Positions 1 to 9,756 of a stretch of DNA of 60,628 bases are shown here, in pieces. Position 1 is the first letter of the stretch. Each line of letters starts with the position of its first letter. The notes beneath the pieces are model-generated. The model was not told the DNA's origin. It saw only the letters and a list, made by a program, of their open reading frames with translations, and ran no database searches. Source of the DNA: Phycisphaeraceae bacterium (GTDB lineage: Bacteria > Planctomycetota > Phycisphaerae > Phycisphaerales > Zrk34); the NCBI GenBank assembly GCA_040905565.1, contig JBBDRF010000004.1:1-60628 (forward strand). Direction: 5' to 3'. Position numbers and translations under genes: made by a program.

Positions 1-229
1 ACCCGCCGGCCGAGAACAGCGCGATATCCACGTCATCGAACGACTGCTCCGTGAGTTCCTCCACGGTGTACGTCTTGCCGCGGTAGTCGTAGGTCTTGCC
101 GGCCGATCGGGCACTGGCGAGCATCTTCAACTGACCGATCGGGAAATCCCGCTCAGCAAGAAGGGTGAGGAACTCCTGGCCGACGGCGCCGGTGACGCCT
201 GCAATGGCCACGTTAGGAGGGTTACGCAT
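1..229 (-). CDS. asd: Aspartate-semialdehyde dehydrogenase, N-terminal part (runs off window)
   Basis: Manual translation MRNPPNVAIAGVTGAVGQEFLTLLAERDFP...LASARSAGK...DIALFSAGG matches the Asd NADP-binding N-terminus; not in ORF track. Confidence 0.93.
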   Translation of the reverse strand, partial: MRNPPNVAIAGVTGAVGQEFLTLLAERDFPIGQLKMLASARSAGKTYDYRGKTYTVEELTEQSFDDVDIALFSAGG

Positions 230-301
230 GACTGATGTTGCTCCAAGTAATGAAAGTGAATGCTGCCCAGCGGCGTGCCGGGCGTTTGTGAATCGTTTTC
301 T

Positions 302-397
302 ACGAGCCGCGACCGTAAGAGCGGTTGTGTGCCGATGACTGTGCCCCACGCCAGAGTTCCCCCCGCGCCTGACCGCTCCCTCACGGTCGCTCCTCGT
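302..397. repeat. Inverted doublet of REP family A (302-325 +, 372-397 -), REPIN-like
   Basis: acgagccgcgaccgtaagagcggt and accgctccctcacggtcgctcctcgt between the divergent asd and hemW. Confidence 0.85.
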
Positions 398-512
398 CGT
401 CAGCCCAACTCGACCGGGTGCGACTTGTGCGATACGCTTGAATCAGGTGAACCCCAGCCGCCCCGCTAGAAACGCCTTGGGCCCCGCCCCTCATCTCGAG
501 CAAAGCTGTAGC

Positions 513-1730
513 ATGAGCACTGCCCTGTCAAGTTCCAATGAGTTTAACCCCGCGATCCGCGATTTTCAAGGTTCACCCACCACCTTGGGCGACCTGCTGC
601 GCACAACGCACCCCGCCGAAGCAGTCGGCTTATATGTCCACATCCCCTTCTGCTTCCACAAATGTCACTACTGTGATTTCTACTCCATCGTTGACGATCA
701 CGATCGCCAGACGCTTTTCACCGATCGGCTCATCGGCGAGATCCGGGCCACCGCACCGCTCACGCATGGCCCGTTGCGCTCCATCTTCGTCGGCGGCGGC
801 ACGCCCACGCTCCTCCGCCCCGACCTCTGGCAACGCCTGCTCACCGCCATCCACGAAAGCTTCGCCCTCGCGGATAATCTCGAGTTCACCGTCGAAGCGA
901 ACCCCGAGACCGTCACCGCCGAGTTGATGAGCGTCCTCGCAGCCGGCGGCGTCAACCGCCTCAGCGTCGGCGCTCAATCGTTCAACCCGCAACATCTGCA
1001 AACGCTTGAACGGCATCATCAGCCCGAGAACGTCGGCCGTTCGTTCACCCTCGCCCGGCAGGCGGGCATCGACAATGTCAACCTCGACCTCATCTTCGCC
1101 GTGCCCGGCCAGACCCTCGCCGACTGGCAAGCCGATCTCACCCGCGCCCTCGCCCTCGAGCCGACGCACCTCTCCTGCTACGCCCTGATGTACGAGCCGA
1201 ACACGCCGCTCACCAAGAAGCTCGAACGCGGCCGCATCCACCGGGCTGACGAAGATCTCGAAGCTGCCATGTTCGCCCACACCATCGCCACGCTCACCGC
1301 TGCCGGCTTTGAGAACTACGAGGTTTCAAACTTCGCCAAGCCCGGCCGCCGCTGCCGCCACAATCTCCTCTATTGGCACAGTGAAAACACGCTCGCGGTT
1401 GGGCCGAGTGCGTCCGGGCATCTCAACGGCGTCCGCTGGAAGAACGTGCCGCACCTCGGCCGTTACCTCGCCAGCGAAGGCGACCAGACGCCGATTACTG
1501 ATGTTGAAAAGCTCTCACCCGAAGACTCGCTCGGCGAACAGCTCATGCTCCGCATCCGCCTGCTCGACGGCATCGAACACGCCTGGCTGAACGACCACCT
1601 CGATGCCCGCCGGCGGGAGGCGATCGAGCAGCTCATCACCGACGGCCTCCTCGAACGCACCCCCGACCACCTGAAACTAACCCCCCGCGGCCTCATGCTC
1701 GCCGACACCGTCTGCACGACGCTGCTTTGA
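513..1730 (+). CDS. hemW: Radical SAM heme chaperone HemW (HemN-like)
   Basis: LYVHIPFCFHKCHYCDF, GGGTP, YEVSNF, HNLLYW motifs; start chosen at ATG 513. Confidence 0.9.
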   Translation: MSTALSSSNEFNPAIRDFQGSPTTLGDLLRTTHPAEAVGLYVHIPFCFHKCHYCDFYSIVDDHDRQTLFTDRLIGEIRATAPLTHGPLRSIFVGGGTPTLLRPDLWQRLLTAIHESFALADNLEFTVEANPETVTAELMSVLAAGGVNRLSVGAQSFNPQHLQTLERHHQPENVGRSFTLARQAGIDNVNLDLIFAVPGQTLADWQADLTRALALEPTHLSCYALMYEPNTPLTKKLERGRIHRADEDLEAAMFAHTIATLTAAGFENYEVSNFAKPGRRCRHNLLYWHSENTLAVGPSASGHLNGVRWKNVPHLGRYLASEGDQTPITDVEKLSPEDSLGEQLMLRIRLLDGIEHAWLNDHLDARRREAIEQLITDGLLERTPDHLKLTPRGLMLADTVCTTLL

Positions 1731-1783
1731 TCAACGATTCATCGCCGGGTGCCACACACCAGCTAGCCCCTGCGCTTGGTCTG

Positions 1784-2065
1784 TTATCGCATCAAGATCA
1801 GCGCCTCAGCCCGTGTTAGGCCGTAGACGAACCAGGCTACCGACATGACGCTCAGACTAGCTACCATGAGAGCCTTTGCCGGCCATGGCGAACTTGACCG
1901 ATAGATCAGCCACGCCGCGAGCAGTCCCATGATCCCAAAGACACATAATGCGGCCGTGCCGGGTAACGAGTGATAAAAGAAATGCGTGGGCAGTACCTGG
2001 TAAAGCATGTGCGGCAATGCCATCATCAACATCCAAAGCCAGAATGGGTGACGTTTAGTCATCAT
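1784..2065 (-). CDS. Small hypothetical membrane protein
   Basis: 93-aa ORF with about three hydrophobic segments, AT-richer than flanks. Confidence 0.5.
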   Translation of the reverse strand: MMTKRHPFWLWMLMMALPHMLYQVLPTHFFYHSLPGTAALCVFGIMGLLAAWLIYRSSSPWPAKALMVASLSVMSVAWFVYGLTRAEALILMR

Positions 2066-2087
2066 TGTTAGCCTCGCGAGTGGTGGC

Positions 2088-2124
2088 GGGTGCCCCGGCC
2101 AGCGAGCAAAGCGAGACGGCCGGG
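2088..2124 (+). repeat. REP family D copy (GGGTGCCCCGGCCAGCG...AGACGGCCGGG)
   Basis: Hairpin; inverted partner at 2579-2617; other copies at 40073-40101, 40146-40182, 55571-55607, 58529-58557. Confidence 0.85.
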
Positions 2125-2138
2125 CGGGCCGGGTGCAT

Positions 2139-2531
2139 CTACGATGAGTTCGCCGCGATGAGCTGCACGATGTCTTTTAACGGACGATCCGACTTCACCA
2201 TTGGCTGGACGTCTACGGCGAATACATCTTCCAGCCGCAACAGGGCTTCAACGTCGCCCAAGTCTGTGTTGCGGGACCAAAATAACAGGTCGCAAGAATC
2301 GTGCGGCAGAAACAGGTCGTTCTCCCAGCCAACCGCATCGTGGATTTCGCCGGCAATTTTCCGAACCAGCTGTGGCTCGAATCCAGCGTCGTGCCAGGCG
2401 GCATAAACCCTACCTGGCGAGCGCGCCGATAACCGACGGTTGCATTCTCGCCAGAGCATGTGAGCGTACAAGGGCCAGCACCATCGGCACCATCGCGATA
2501 ACTTGATATCCGCTTCGCACAATGGCTTCAT
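2139..2531 (-). CDS. Hypothetical protein enclosed by inverted family D REPs
   Basis: 130-aa ORF with no recognisable motif; start uncertain. Confidence 0.4.
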   Translation of the reverse strand: MKPLCEADIKLSRWCRWCWPLYAHMLWRECNRRLSARSPGRVYAAWHDAGFEPQLVRKIAGEIHDAVGWENDLFLPHDSCDLLFWSRNTDLGDVEALLRLEDVFAVDVQPMVKSDRPLKDIVQLIAANSS

Positions 2532-2553
2532 GCGTGTCGCCTGTTTGCGAGAA

Positions 2554-2617
2554 AGAGCCGGGCTGTCCCCAGCCCGAACCCGGCCGTCTCGCTAAGCGCT
2601 CGCTGGCCGGGGCACCC
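2554..2617. repeat. Adjacent REP family B (2554-2576 +) and family D (2579-2617 -) copies
   Basis: agagccgggctgtccccagcccg followed by cccggccgtctcgctaagcgctcgctggccggggcaccc. Confidence 0.85.
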
Positions 2618-2679
2618 ATAGATGTTCACGCCGCAGCGTCTCTCACCCGAATCAGCAATCAAAAATCAACCATCAGAAA

Positions 2680-3540
2680 TCACTTATCAAACCGCGGCTG
2701 CGCGGCCCAGTGCATCTTTGTCGCCAGGGTTTTCCAGTAGCCCAGCCGCGGGTTCGTCACCAGCTTCAATCGGCGGGGGTGGGTGCGCACCGTCAGCACG
2801 CAGCCGGTGTTCACAGGTGTTGAAATTTGGCCGTCGACCACCACCGTTGTGCCCGGGTTGCTGTGGTGCAGTCGAAGCTCCAGTTCGCTTTGCGAGCTGA
2901 CCACAATGGGCCGGAACGAAAGCGTGTGCGGACAGATCGGCGTGAGCACCAGGCCGTCGACATCGGGGGCGATGATCGGCCCGCCGGCGGAGAGGTTATA
3001 AGCCGTCGAACCGGTGGGCGTGGCGATGATGACCCCGTCGCCGCTGAAGTGCGTCCCCACGTGCCGCTGCTGTTGCGGGTTGATCGTCAGCTCCAGTTCG
3101 ATCATGCGGAACGGCGGGCCGGCCGTGATGGCGCACTCATTCATCGCCAGCGACTCGAACGCCGTCTCGCAGCCGTCGCCCTCGCGCACCGCCACGTGCA
3201 GCATCACCCGCTCAGCGATCTCGAACGCGCCCGACGCGAAGTCGTCCCAGTTCCGCACCACCTCATCCAGCGTGAACGGTGCGAGAAACCCCAGCTTGCC
3301 GAAGTTGATGCCGACCAGTGGCAGCCCCAGATCGACGACCCGCCTGGCCATGCCGAGCATCGACCCGTCGCCGCCGAACACCAGCGCCATGTCCGCATCG
3401 GCGCGCTCCAGCGGATCGCTGTCGTAAACGTCGACGTCGGCAACGATCTCCGCCCGCTCCTTGAGCCAGGGCCGAAACTGCGCCAGCGCTTCGCTCACGT
3501 GCGCCTTGTTGTAATTGGCGATCAGAATGACCTTCGTCAT
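2680..3540 (-). CDS. nadK: NAD kinase
   Basis: GGDGS, GINFGKLGFL, NE, DGVIIATPTGSTAYNLSAGGP motifs. Confidence 0.95.
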   Translation of the reverse strand: MTKVILIANYNKAHVSEALAQFRPWLKERAEIVADVDVYDSDPLERADADMALVFGGDGSMLGMARRVVDLGLPLVGINFGKLGFLAPFTLDEVVRNWDDFASGAFEIAERVMLHVAVREGDGCETAFESLAMNECAITAGPPFRMIELELTINPQQQRHVGTHFSGDGVIIATPTGSTAYNLSAGGPIIAPDVDGLVLTPICPHTLSFRPIVVSSQSELELRLHHSNPGTTVVVDGQISTPVNTGCVLTVRTHPRRLKLVTNPRLGYWKTLATKMHWAAQPRFDK

Positions 3541-3638
3541 GCCCGCAGTCTACCGCGCGGGATGGCGTATTGCTCCGCCTAGCCAGCGCAAGGCGAAAGC
3601 GGTCGTCTGTCTCGCACCATCAAGACCGTGGCGTGGCT

Positions 3639-4310
3639 TCAATCGTAGTCCCAAGTTTCGCCGGGCTGTAGCGGTTTCACGGTGATGTCGGCGGGCTTGA
3701 GGTTGGCGGGGTCCTGCTCGATGGGGGGCCAGGTGTTGTAGTGGATGGGGATGACGACGCGTGGCTGAATGAGCTCCGCAGCCCGCGTCGCAAGCTCCGG
3801 GCCCATGGTGAAGCGGTCGCCGATGGGCAGGCAGGCGATATCGGGCTTGTAGATTTCGCCGATGAGTTTCATGTCTGAGAAGAGGCCCGTGTCGCCGGCG
3901 TGGTAGATCGTGACGCCGCCGATGTTCAGGATGAGGCCGCAGGGCATGCCCATGTAGCGGCCGTGGTAGCTGGAAGAATGGAACGCGTGGGTGAAGGCGA
4001 CGTAGCCGAAGTCGGTGGCGATCTTGCCGCCGGGGTTGCCCGGTTCAAGCTTCTTGAGCCCCTGCTCGCCGAGGTATTCGCAGATCTCGAACGCAGCGAA
4101 GACGGTCGCATCGTTCTGTTTCACGATCGCCAGCGTATCGCCGACGTGGTCCGCATGCCCGTGCGTCAGGGCGAGGTGCGTGGCTTTGATGTCAGCTGCC
4201 TGATGCTTCGCCAGCGGGTTGTCGGTAAGGAACGGGTCGACGGCAAGGGCGTGGGTGCCGTCGTCGAAAACAAAGCCCGAATGACCGAGAAACGTGATCT
4301 TCAGCGACAT
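3639..4310 (-). CDS. Metallo-beta-lactamase-fold hydrolase (UPF0173-like)
   Basis: ITFLGHS, THGHADH, YHAGDT, IPIHY motifs; start MSLKIT at 4310. Confidence 0.9.
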   Translation of the reverse strand: MSLKITFLGHSGFVFDDGTHALAVDPFLTDNPLAKHQAADIKATHLALTHGHADHVGDTLAIVKQNDATVFAAFEICEYLGEQGLKKLEPGNPGGKIATDFGYVAFTHAFHSSSYHGRYMGMPCGLILNIGGVTIYHAGDTGLFSDMKLIGEIYKPDIACLPIGDRFTMGPELATRAAELIQPRVVIPIHYNTWPPIEQDPANLKPADITVKPLQPGETWDYD

Positions 4311-4379
4311 GCTTGATGCTCCCCATGCGAGAAATAGCGAGAAAACAGTACATGAGTTTAACGGCGGCAAGGCTGCGAT

Positions 4380-4405
4380 ACGAGCCGCGACCGTAAGGAA
4401 GCGGT
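4380..4405 (+). repeat. REP family A copy
   Basis: acgagccgcgaccgtaaggaagcggt. Confidence 0.85.
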
Positions 4406-4521
4406 TGTGTGGTGGGCTTTAGGCGCGCCCGCTGGTCACCGTTGCACTTTCGGCGCTGGCTGAGCGCGCGCGAAAGCTGTAGGCTTCGTTTGGTTCTTGT
4501 CCTTCAGCCGGGGCGACTTTT

Positions 4522-6015
4522 ATGTCCGACACTGACGAGCAACGTCTTCAGAAGATTCTGCATGCTCGGCATGCGTGCATCACGATCGCGACGCATGAGG
4601 AGGAGCACACCCTTCGCATGATCCGTCATGTGGCCATGGATACCGGCCACGGCCTGCGGATGTGGTCTTCGAGTCGCGGCGTGTGCGACGGTCTTTCGCC
4701 TGATCTTGTGGAAGCCAAGGAGACGGAAAACCCCGCAGCCGGCCTCTACTACATGCTCAATAAGCCCATGGTCGGCGTCACGATTCTGCTGGATATGGTG
4801 AAGCATCTCGATGAGCCTCGCGTGCTTCGGCTGCTGCGGGATTTCATCGAGAAGCAGCGCTCAATCCGTGGCCACGTCATTCTGATCGACCCCAGCGAAG
4901 ATTTGCCGGACGTGATCGCGCATGATGCGACGCGGTTTGAAATCGCCTTGCCCGAAGAAGCGGAACTGACCGAGCTGATCCGCCGGGTTGTGCAACGGGA
5001 GAATCGTGAGCAGCGCATCGAAGCAAGGCTCACGCGGGGAGCGCTCACCACGATCGTCCGCAATCTGCGCGGCCTTTCACGCAGGCAGGCGGAACAGATC
5101 ATCATCGACGCCATCTGCGAAAATCAACGGCTGGACGACGGCGATATCAACACCGTTCTCGCCCGCAAACGGCAACTGCTCCACCGCGACGGGCTGCTGG
5201 AATACGTCGAAGCACCGACCGATCTGGACGACATCGCCGGTCTCAAACGGCTGAAGCGTTGGCTGCATCATCGCAATGCCGCACTGGATGAAAAATCCCA
5301 ACGCTTCGGCCTCGTGCCGCCGCGCGGCGTGCTGATGCTCGGCGTGCCCGGCGCAGGCAAAAGCCTGTGCGCAAAAGCCGTGGCGACGGCGTGGCAGCGG
5401 CCCCTGCTTCGGCTCGACCCCTCGGTGCTGTACGACCGGTTCATCGGCGAAAGCGAAAAACGCCTGCGCAGTGCCCTCCATCAGGCGGAGGCCATGAGCC
5501 CGCTGATCCTCTGGATCGATGAGATCGAGAAGGGCTTCGCCTCGGCCGGCGCACGCTCAAGTGACGGCGGCCTCTCCCAGCGGATGTTCGGCACGCTGTT
5601 AACCTGGATGCAGGAACACCGCGCCCCGGTCTTCCTGTTCGCCACAGCGAACAACATCGAAGCCCTGCCCGCGGAACTGCTGCGAAAAGGCCGCTTCGAT
5701 GAGATCTTCTTCGTCGATCTGCCCAGTGAGACAGTGCGGCGGGCGATCTTCAAAATTCACCTGGCCAAGCGTCGACATGCGCCGGAAGGGTTCGACCTGG
5801 ATAAGCTTGCGGAGGTTTCCGATGGCCGAACCGGTGCGGAGATCGAGCAGGCCATCATCGCGGCACTGCATCAGTCGTTCGCCGATGAGAAAACGCTGAC
5901 GACCGACGCGGTGGTGGACGCTCTGGCCGAGTCGCCGCCGCTCGCGGTCACGATGGGCGAACATCTGCATGAACTGCGTTCATGGGCGAAGGACCGGTGC
6001 GTGCCGGCTGATTAA
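4522..6015 (+). CDS. AAA+ ATPase, Ycf46-like
   Basis: Walker A GVPGAGKS, Walker B LWIDEIEK, ATAN, LLRKGRFDE. Confidence 0.9.
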   Translation: MSDTDEQRLQKILHARHACITIATHEEEHTLRMIRHVAMDTGHGLRMWSSSRGVCDGLSPDLVEAKETENPAAGLYYMLNKPMVGVTILLDMVKHLDEPRVLRLLRDFIEKQRSIRGHVILIDPSEDLPDVIAHDATRFEIALPEEAELTELIRRVVQRENREQRIEARLTRGALTTIVRNLRGLSRRQAEQIIIDAICENQRLDDGDINTVLARKRQLLHRDGLLEYVEAPTDLDDIAGLKRLKRWLHHRNAALDEKSQRFGLVPPRGVLMLGVPGAGKSLCAKAVATAWQRPLLRLDPSVLYDRFIGESEKRLRSALHQAEAMSPLILWIDEIEKGFASAGARSSDGGLSQRMFGTLLTWMQEHRAPVFLFATANNIEALPAELLRKGRFDEIFFVDLPSETVRRAIFKIHLAKRRHAPEGFDLDKLAEVSDGRTGAEIEQAIIAALHQSFADEKTLTTDAVVDALAESPPLAVTMGEHLHELRSWAKDRCVPAD

Positions 6016-6075
6016 AAGGACTCCGTCTTGCGTGGATTTCGCCGAGTGGCTTTGGATTGCATGCGTCGCCTCAAT

Positions 6076-6101
6076 ACGAGTCGCGACCGTGAGGGAGCGG
6101 T
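6076..6101 (+). repeat. REP family A copy
   Basis: acgagtcgcgaccgtgagggagcggt. Confidence 0.85.
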
Positions 6102-6102
6102 T

Positions 6103-6624
6103 GTGTGCACGCGCCTCGCGGGTCTGAACGCCGTTCTGCTGCTGTTCGCCCTCCTTCTGGTCGGCGGCTGTGGTGAGGCCACCGTCGAGCCGACGCCCCA
6201 CGAGGCAGAACAGACAACGGGCGAAGCCGATGAAGCCGGCGGCCCCGGGGATGCCGTGCGGCGGTTGCTGGTCGCCGTTTTGTTGCGGGATGAGCAGGCC
6301 GTTCGCGCCTCGGCATTGCCTCATGAGAACCTGCATGCGTTATGGGCGGGGGAGCCGCCTGAAGAGGAGCGGGCGAAACCGTTTCGCCGAATGCTCGAGC
6401 AGGAGATGACCACGCGGCAGCTGCAGCCCGGCGAAACCGTCGCACTGCCCGGCAGTCAGCAGCATGTGCTCAGCGAAGAGGTGCTCACCGATGATCGGCA
6501 GCTGGTGATCGCCGAGCGCGAGGGCGAGACGCTCATGGCGCCCCTCTGGGTGGAACGAACAGAAGAGGGCTGGCGTGTGGATGCGGGGCCGTTGATCGCA
6601 GCGGAGATGATGCGCCAGCAGTGA
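6103..6624 (+). CDS. Putative lipoprotein
   Basis: Hydrophobic stretch ending LLVGGC (lipobox-like), acidic mature part; start uncertain (GTG just after REP). Confidence 0.6.
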   Translation: MCTRLAGLNAVLLLFALLLVGGCGEATVEPTPHEAEQTTGEADEAGGPGDAVRRLLVAVLLRDEQAVRASALPHENLHALWAGEPPEEERAKPFRRMLEQEMTTRQLQPGETVALPGSQQHVLSEEVLTDDRQLVIAEREGETLMAPLWVERTEEGWRVDAGPLIAAEMMRQQ

Positions 6625-6731
6625 ACGGTGTTCATCCAGCCCCATATCCGAACGCCTCGGTCTTCGCGCTGGCTGCGCGGGTAGGCGATTGATACAGTTG
6701 AACCCGCCCCCGCACTGCCCAGGAGCGAAGC

Positions 6732-8915
6732 GTGACGACACTTCGGGACATCATCCCCAGCATGTTCCACCGACGGCTGCTGTTGCTGTTGTCCGTAATG
6801 GCGCTGGCGATCGGCCTGCTCGGCGGCCAGCTGTATCGTCTGACGGTCGTGCAGGGCAAAACCTGGCGGGACGAGGCCGAATCCGTCCTGCGAAGCAAAC
6901 GCCTGCTGCCGACGGTGCGAGGCAAGATTCTCGACCGCCGCGGTCGCGTCCTCGCTGAGGATCGGCCCTGCTACGACGTCACCGTCAGCTACCGCGTCAT
7001 CACCGGCGAATGGGCCTACGGCGAGGCCCGCAAGCTCGCCTACCAGGATTATCGCAGCGAGTGGGGGCAGATGGCGTTCGATGAACGTGAAGAGGTGATC
7101 GCGGTTTACCAGGAGCCGTTCGACGAACGACTTGATGAGATGTGGCAGGCGCTCGCAGCGGTGGGCGAGGTCGAGCTTGAAGAGATCGAAGCGCGCAAAC
7201 GCACCATCATCAGCCGCGTTCAGGCGATCCGCGCCGATGTCTGGGACCGCCGCGCCAAGCAGCGGGCAGCCGAGCGCGGGGGCCCCGTCGAGCTCAGCGG
7301 CGTGGCCATCCCCATCGCTGAGGAACGTGACGACCACACCATTCTCGACGCCATCGACGACGAAGCGGCCCACCAGATTCAGCGCGTGCTTGATGAACTG
7401 CCGGGCGTGGAACTGACACGCTCGCGCACTCGAGAATATCCGCTGCCGGAGATGGTCGTGCAACTCGATCGTTCGAGTTTGCCGACGCCGTTGCGCGACG
7501 AAAGCGTAGCGGAGTTTCGCATCGAACGACTGGGTACACGGCTGCTGGGCCGCATGCGCTCGCAGGTCTGGGCGGAGGATGTCGAGCGCCGGCCGTACCG
7601 GCGGCCCGACGGCGGCATCGACCTCGGCGGCTACCTGCCGGGCGACTCGGCCGGCGCTTCCGGCGTCGAGCGGCTGATGGAAGATCACCTCCGAGGCATC
7701 CGCGGCCAAGTCGAACGCCGGCGCGATACCGGCCAGGAACAACGCATCCCGCCGCAACCAGGCGAGGACGTATCGCTCACCATCGACATGGCCCTGCAGG
7801 CGCGCGTTCGCGCCCTGATGAATCCCGCCTTCGGGCTGACGCGTGTGCAGCCGTGGCATGAGAACGAGCAGACCCCGCTGGATACCCCGCTTTTCGGCGC
7901 GGCGATCGTGATGGAGGTCGACAGCGGCGACGTCATCGCCATGGTCTCCACCCCCGAGCCCGACCCCGATCAGACCTACGAACAGCTGCGGGACGATCCC
8001 GACCAACCCCTCGTCAACCGGGCCGTCAGCGGCGTGTACGAGCCGGGCTCGACGCTTAAACCCATCGTCTATCTGCTCGCCGCTTCGCAGGGGCACATCG
8101 GCGTCGATCAGCACGTCGAATGCAACGGGCATTTCCTCGAGGATCGGCCCGGCATTTACCGCTGCTGGGGCTGGCGCCCGGAGCTGAATCGTTACCTGGA
8201 GCACGGCCCGCTCGATGCCGTCGAGGCCATCGCGCGCAGCTGCAATATCTTCTTCTACCAGTGCGGTCGCAACATGGGCGCGGAGGCCCTGGTGGCGGGG
8301 CTGCGTGAGTTCGGCTTCGGCGAAGCGACCGGCTTGCTGCCCGGCGAAGAGAACGGCCTGATGGCGCGCAACATGAGCCTTTCCAACGCCATCATGTTGG
8401 GCATCGGGCAGGGGCCGATCGCCGTCCCGCCGATACAGGTCGCGTCCGCCCATGCCGCAGTGGCGCGCGGCGGCTACTGGCTTTCGCCGGTGCTGGTGAA
8501 CGAACAGCGGCACAAGCAGACGTCGCGCGAAGTGCGTGTCTCACCGCGTGCGATCGCCAAGGCGCTCGAAGGCATGTACGACTCGTCGTATGAAATGAAC
8601 TACGGCACCGGCGCCGGCCTCAGCCTGCCCGACGGCAGCCGTGAGCCGGTCATCACCATGGAGGATGTGGTCGTCCGCACGAAGACCGGCACCGCCCAGG
8701 CTTCGCCACAGGTGGTGGAGGATGATGATGGCGAGCGGCGGGTCATTCGCTCCGGCTCGCACAGCTGGTACGTCGCCCACGTCCAGAAGCCCGGCGAGGA
8801 CCGCGTCGCCTACGTCATCACCGTCATGATCGAATACGGCGGCTCCGGCGGCCGCGTCTCCGGCCCCGTCGTCAACCAGATCCTCTACGCGCTGCGTGAG
8901 GAAGGATATTTGTAG
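6732..8915 (+). CDS. Class B penicillin-binding protein (PBP2/MrdA-like transpeptidase)
   Basis: N-terminal TM, RGKILDR, SxxK (GSTLK), SxN (SCN), KTGT motifs. Confidence 0.9.
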   Translation: MTTLRDIIPSMFHRRLLLLLSVMALAIGLLGGQLYRLTVVQGKTWRDEAESVLRSKRLLPTVRGKILDRRGRVLAEDRPCYDVTVSYRVITGEWAYGEARKLAYQDYRSEWGQMAFDEREEVIAVYQEPFDERLDEMWQALAAVGEVELEEIEARKRTIISRVQAIRADVWDRRAKQRAAERGGPVELSGVAIPIAEERDDHTILDAIDDEAAHQIQRVLDELPGVELTRSRTREYPLPEMVVQLDRSSLPTPLRDESVAEFRIERLGTRLLGRMRSQVWAEDVERRPYRRPDGGIDLGGYLPGDSAGASGVERLMEDHLRGIRGQVERRRDTGQEQRIPPQPGEDVSLTIDMALQARVRALMNPAFGLTRVQPWHENEQTPLDTPLFGAAIVMEVDSGDVIAMVSTPEPDPDQTYEQLRDDPDQPLVNRAVSGVYEPGSTLKPIVYLLAASQGHIGVDQHVECNGHFLEDRPGIYRCWGWRPELNRYLEHGPLDAVEAIARSCNIFFYQCGRNMGAEALVAGLREFGFGEATGLLPGEENGLMARNMSLSNAIMLGIGQGPIAVPPIQVASAHAAVARGGYWLSPVLVNEQRHKQTSREVRVSPRAIAKALEGMYDSSYEMNYGTGAGLSLPDGSREPVITMEDVVVRTKTGTAQASPQVVEDDDGERRVIRSGSHSWYVAHVQKPGEDRVAYVITVMIEYGGSGGRVSGPVVNQILYALREEGYL

Positions 8916-8933
8916 GAAGCTGATCGCTTACGG

Positions 8934-9069
8934 CGTCTCAAAGCGCTGAATACGAGCCGCGACCGTAAGGGAGCGGTTGTGCGCCAAGACTTCGCGCACG
9001 CCGTGTATACGAAAGGTGGCCTCGGCTACCGGCGAAAATCAACGACTTAGCAACAGATGAAAGAGACTG
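8934..9069 (+). repeat. 136-bp unit (family A REP at 8952-8977 plus tail), copy 1
   Basis: Matches 12411-12546 with one mismatch seen. Confidence 0.92.
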
Positions 9070-9726
9070 TTATGTGCGCGGCTCATTGGGCAGCACGTGC
9101 GACAACGTTTTGCGGATCGTGTCGCTATCGAACCCTCGTCTCGCAAGCAGGCTGAACAGCCGCCGCTGACGCGTCGCTGCATCGGCCTTCTGCATGGCCG
9201 TCGTCTTCAGCTTCTTTTCCGCCAGCTGCGTGGCCGCCGCGAGATGGTCCGCCTCATCGTCCACCGCATCAACCACTTCGTTAATCAACTCCCGCGGCAG
9301 ATTCTTCTGGTATAGCTTCGCACGCAGCAGCCGAGGGCCCGCCGCCTTTCGCGCCATCTCATGCCTGACGACTGACTCGGCATAGTTCTGATCGTTCAAA
9401 TACCCCACGTCGATCAACCGTTCCAGAGCCGCGGCGATATCGCCCTCCACATGCTGCTTGCGCTGAAGCTTTCGGCGGAGTTCCTCCGTCCCCACCGCAC
9501 GCCGACGCACGATCCGCAACGCATCCAAAAACGCTTGCTCACGCGCCGCCAGCACCGCGACGCGCTCCGCCAGATCCTCCGTCCAGTCCATGTGGACACG
9601 CAGCTTCAGGTCCCGCACATGATCCAGCGTCAGCGTCGCAACCTTCTTGCGACCGACCCGCACGGAAACGCGAAACGGATCCGTCGAAAGCGGCTTGATG
9701 GCGGTGATGGTGGGGTCAGTTGTCAT
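9070..9726 (-). CDS. recX: Regulatory protein RecX
   Basis: ELRRKL, GYLNDQNYA, GPRLLRAKLYQK, LARRGFD. Confidence 0.88.
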   Translation of the reverse strand: MTTDPTITAIKPLSTDPFRVSVRVGRKKVATLTLDHVRDLKLRVHMDWTEDLAERVAVLAAREQAFLDALRIVRRRAVGTEELRRKLQRKQHVEGDIAAALERLIDVGYLNDQNYAESVVRHEMARKAAGPRLLRAKLYQKNLPRELINEVVDAVDDEADHLAAATQLAEKKLKTTAMQKADAATRQRRLFSLLARRGFDSDTIRKTLSHVLPNEPRT

Positions 9727-9756
9727 GGTGATTAGGCATCAGGCAGTGGGCATTTG

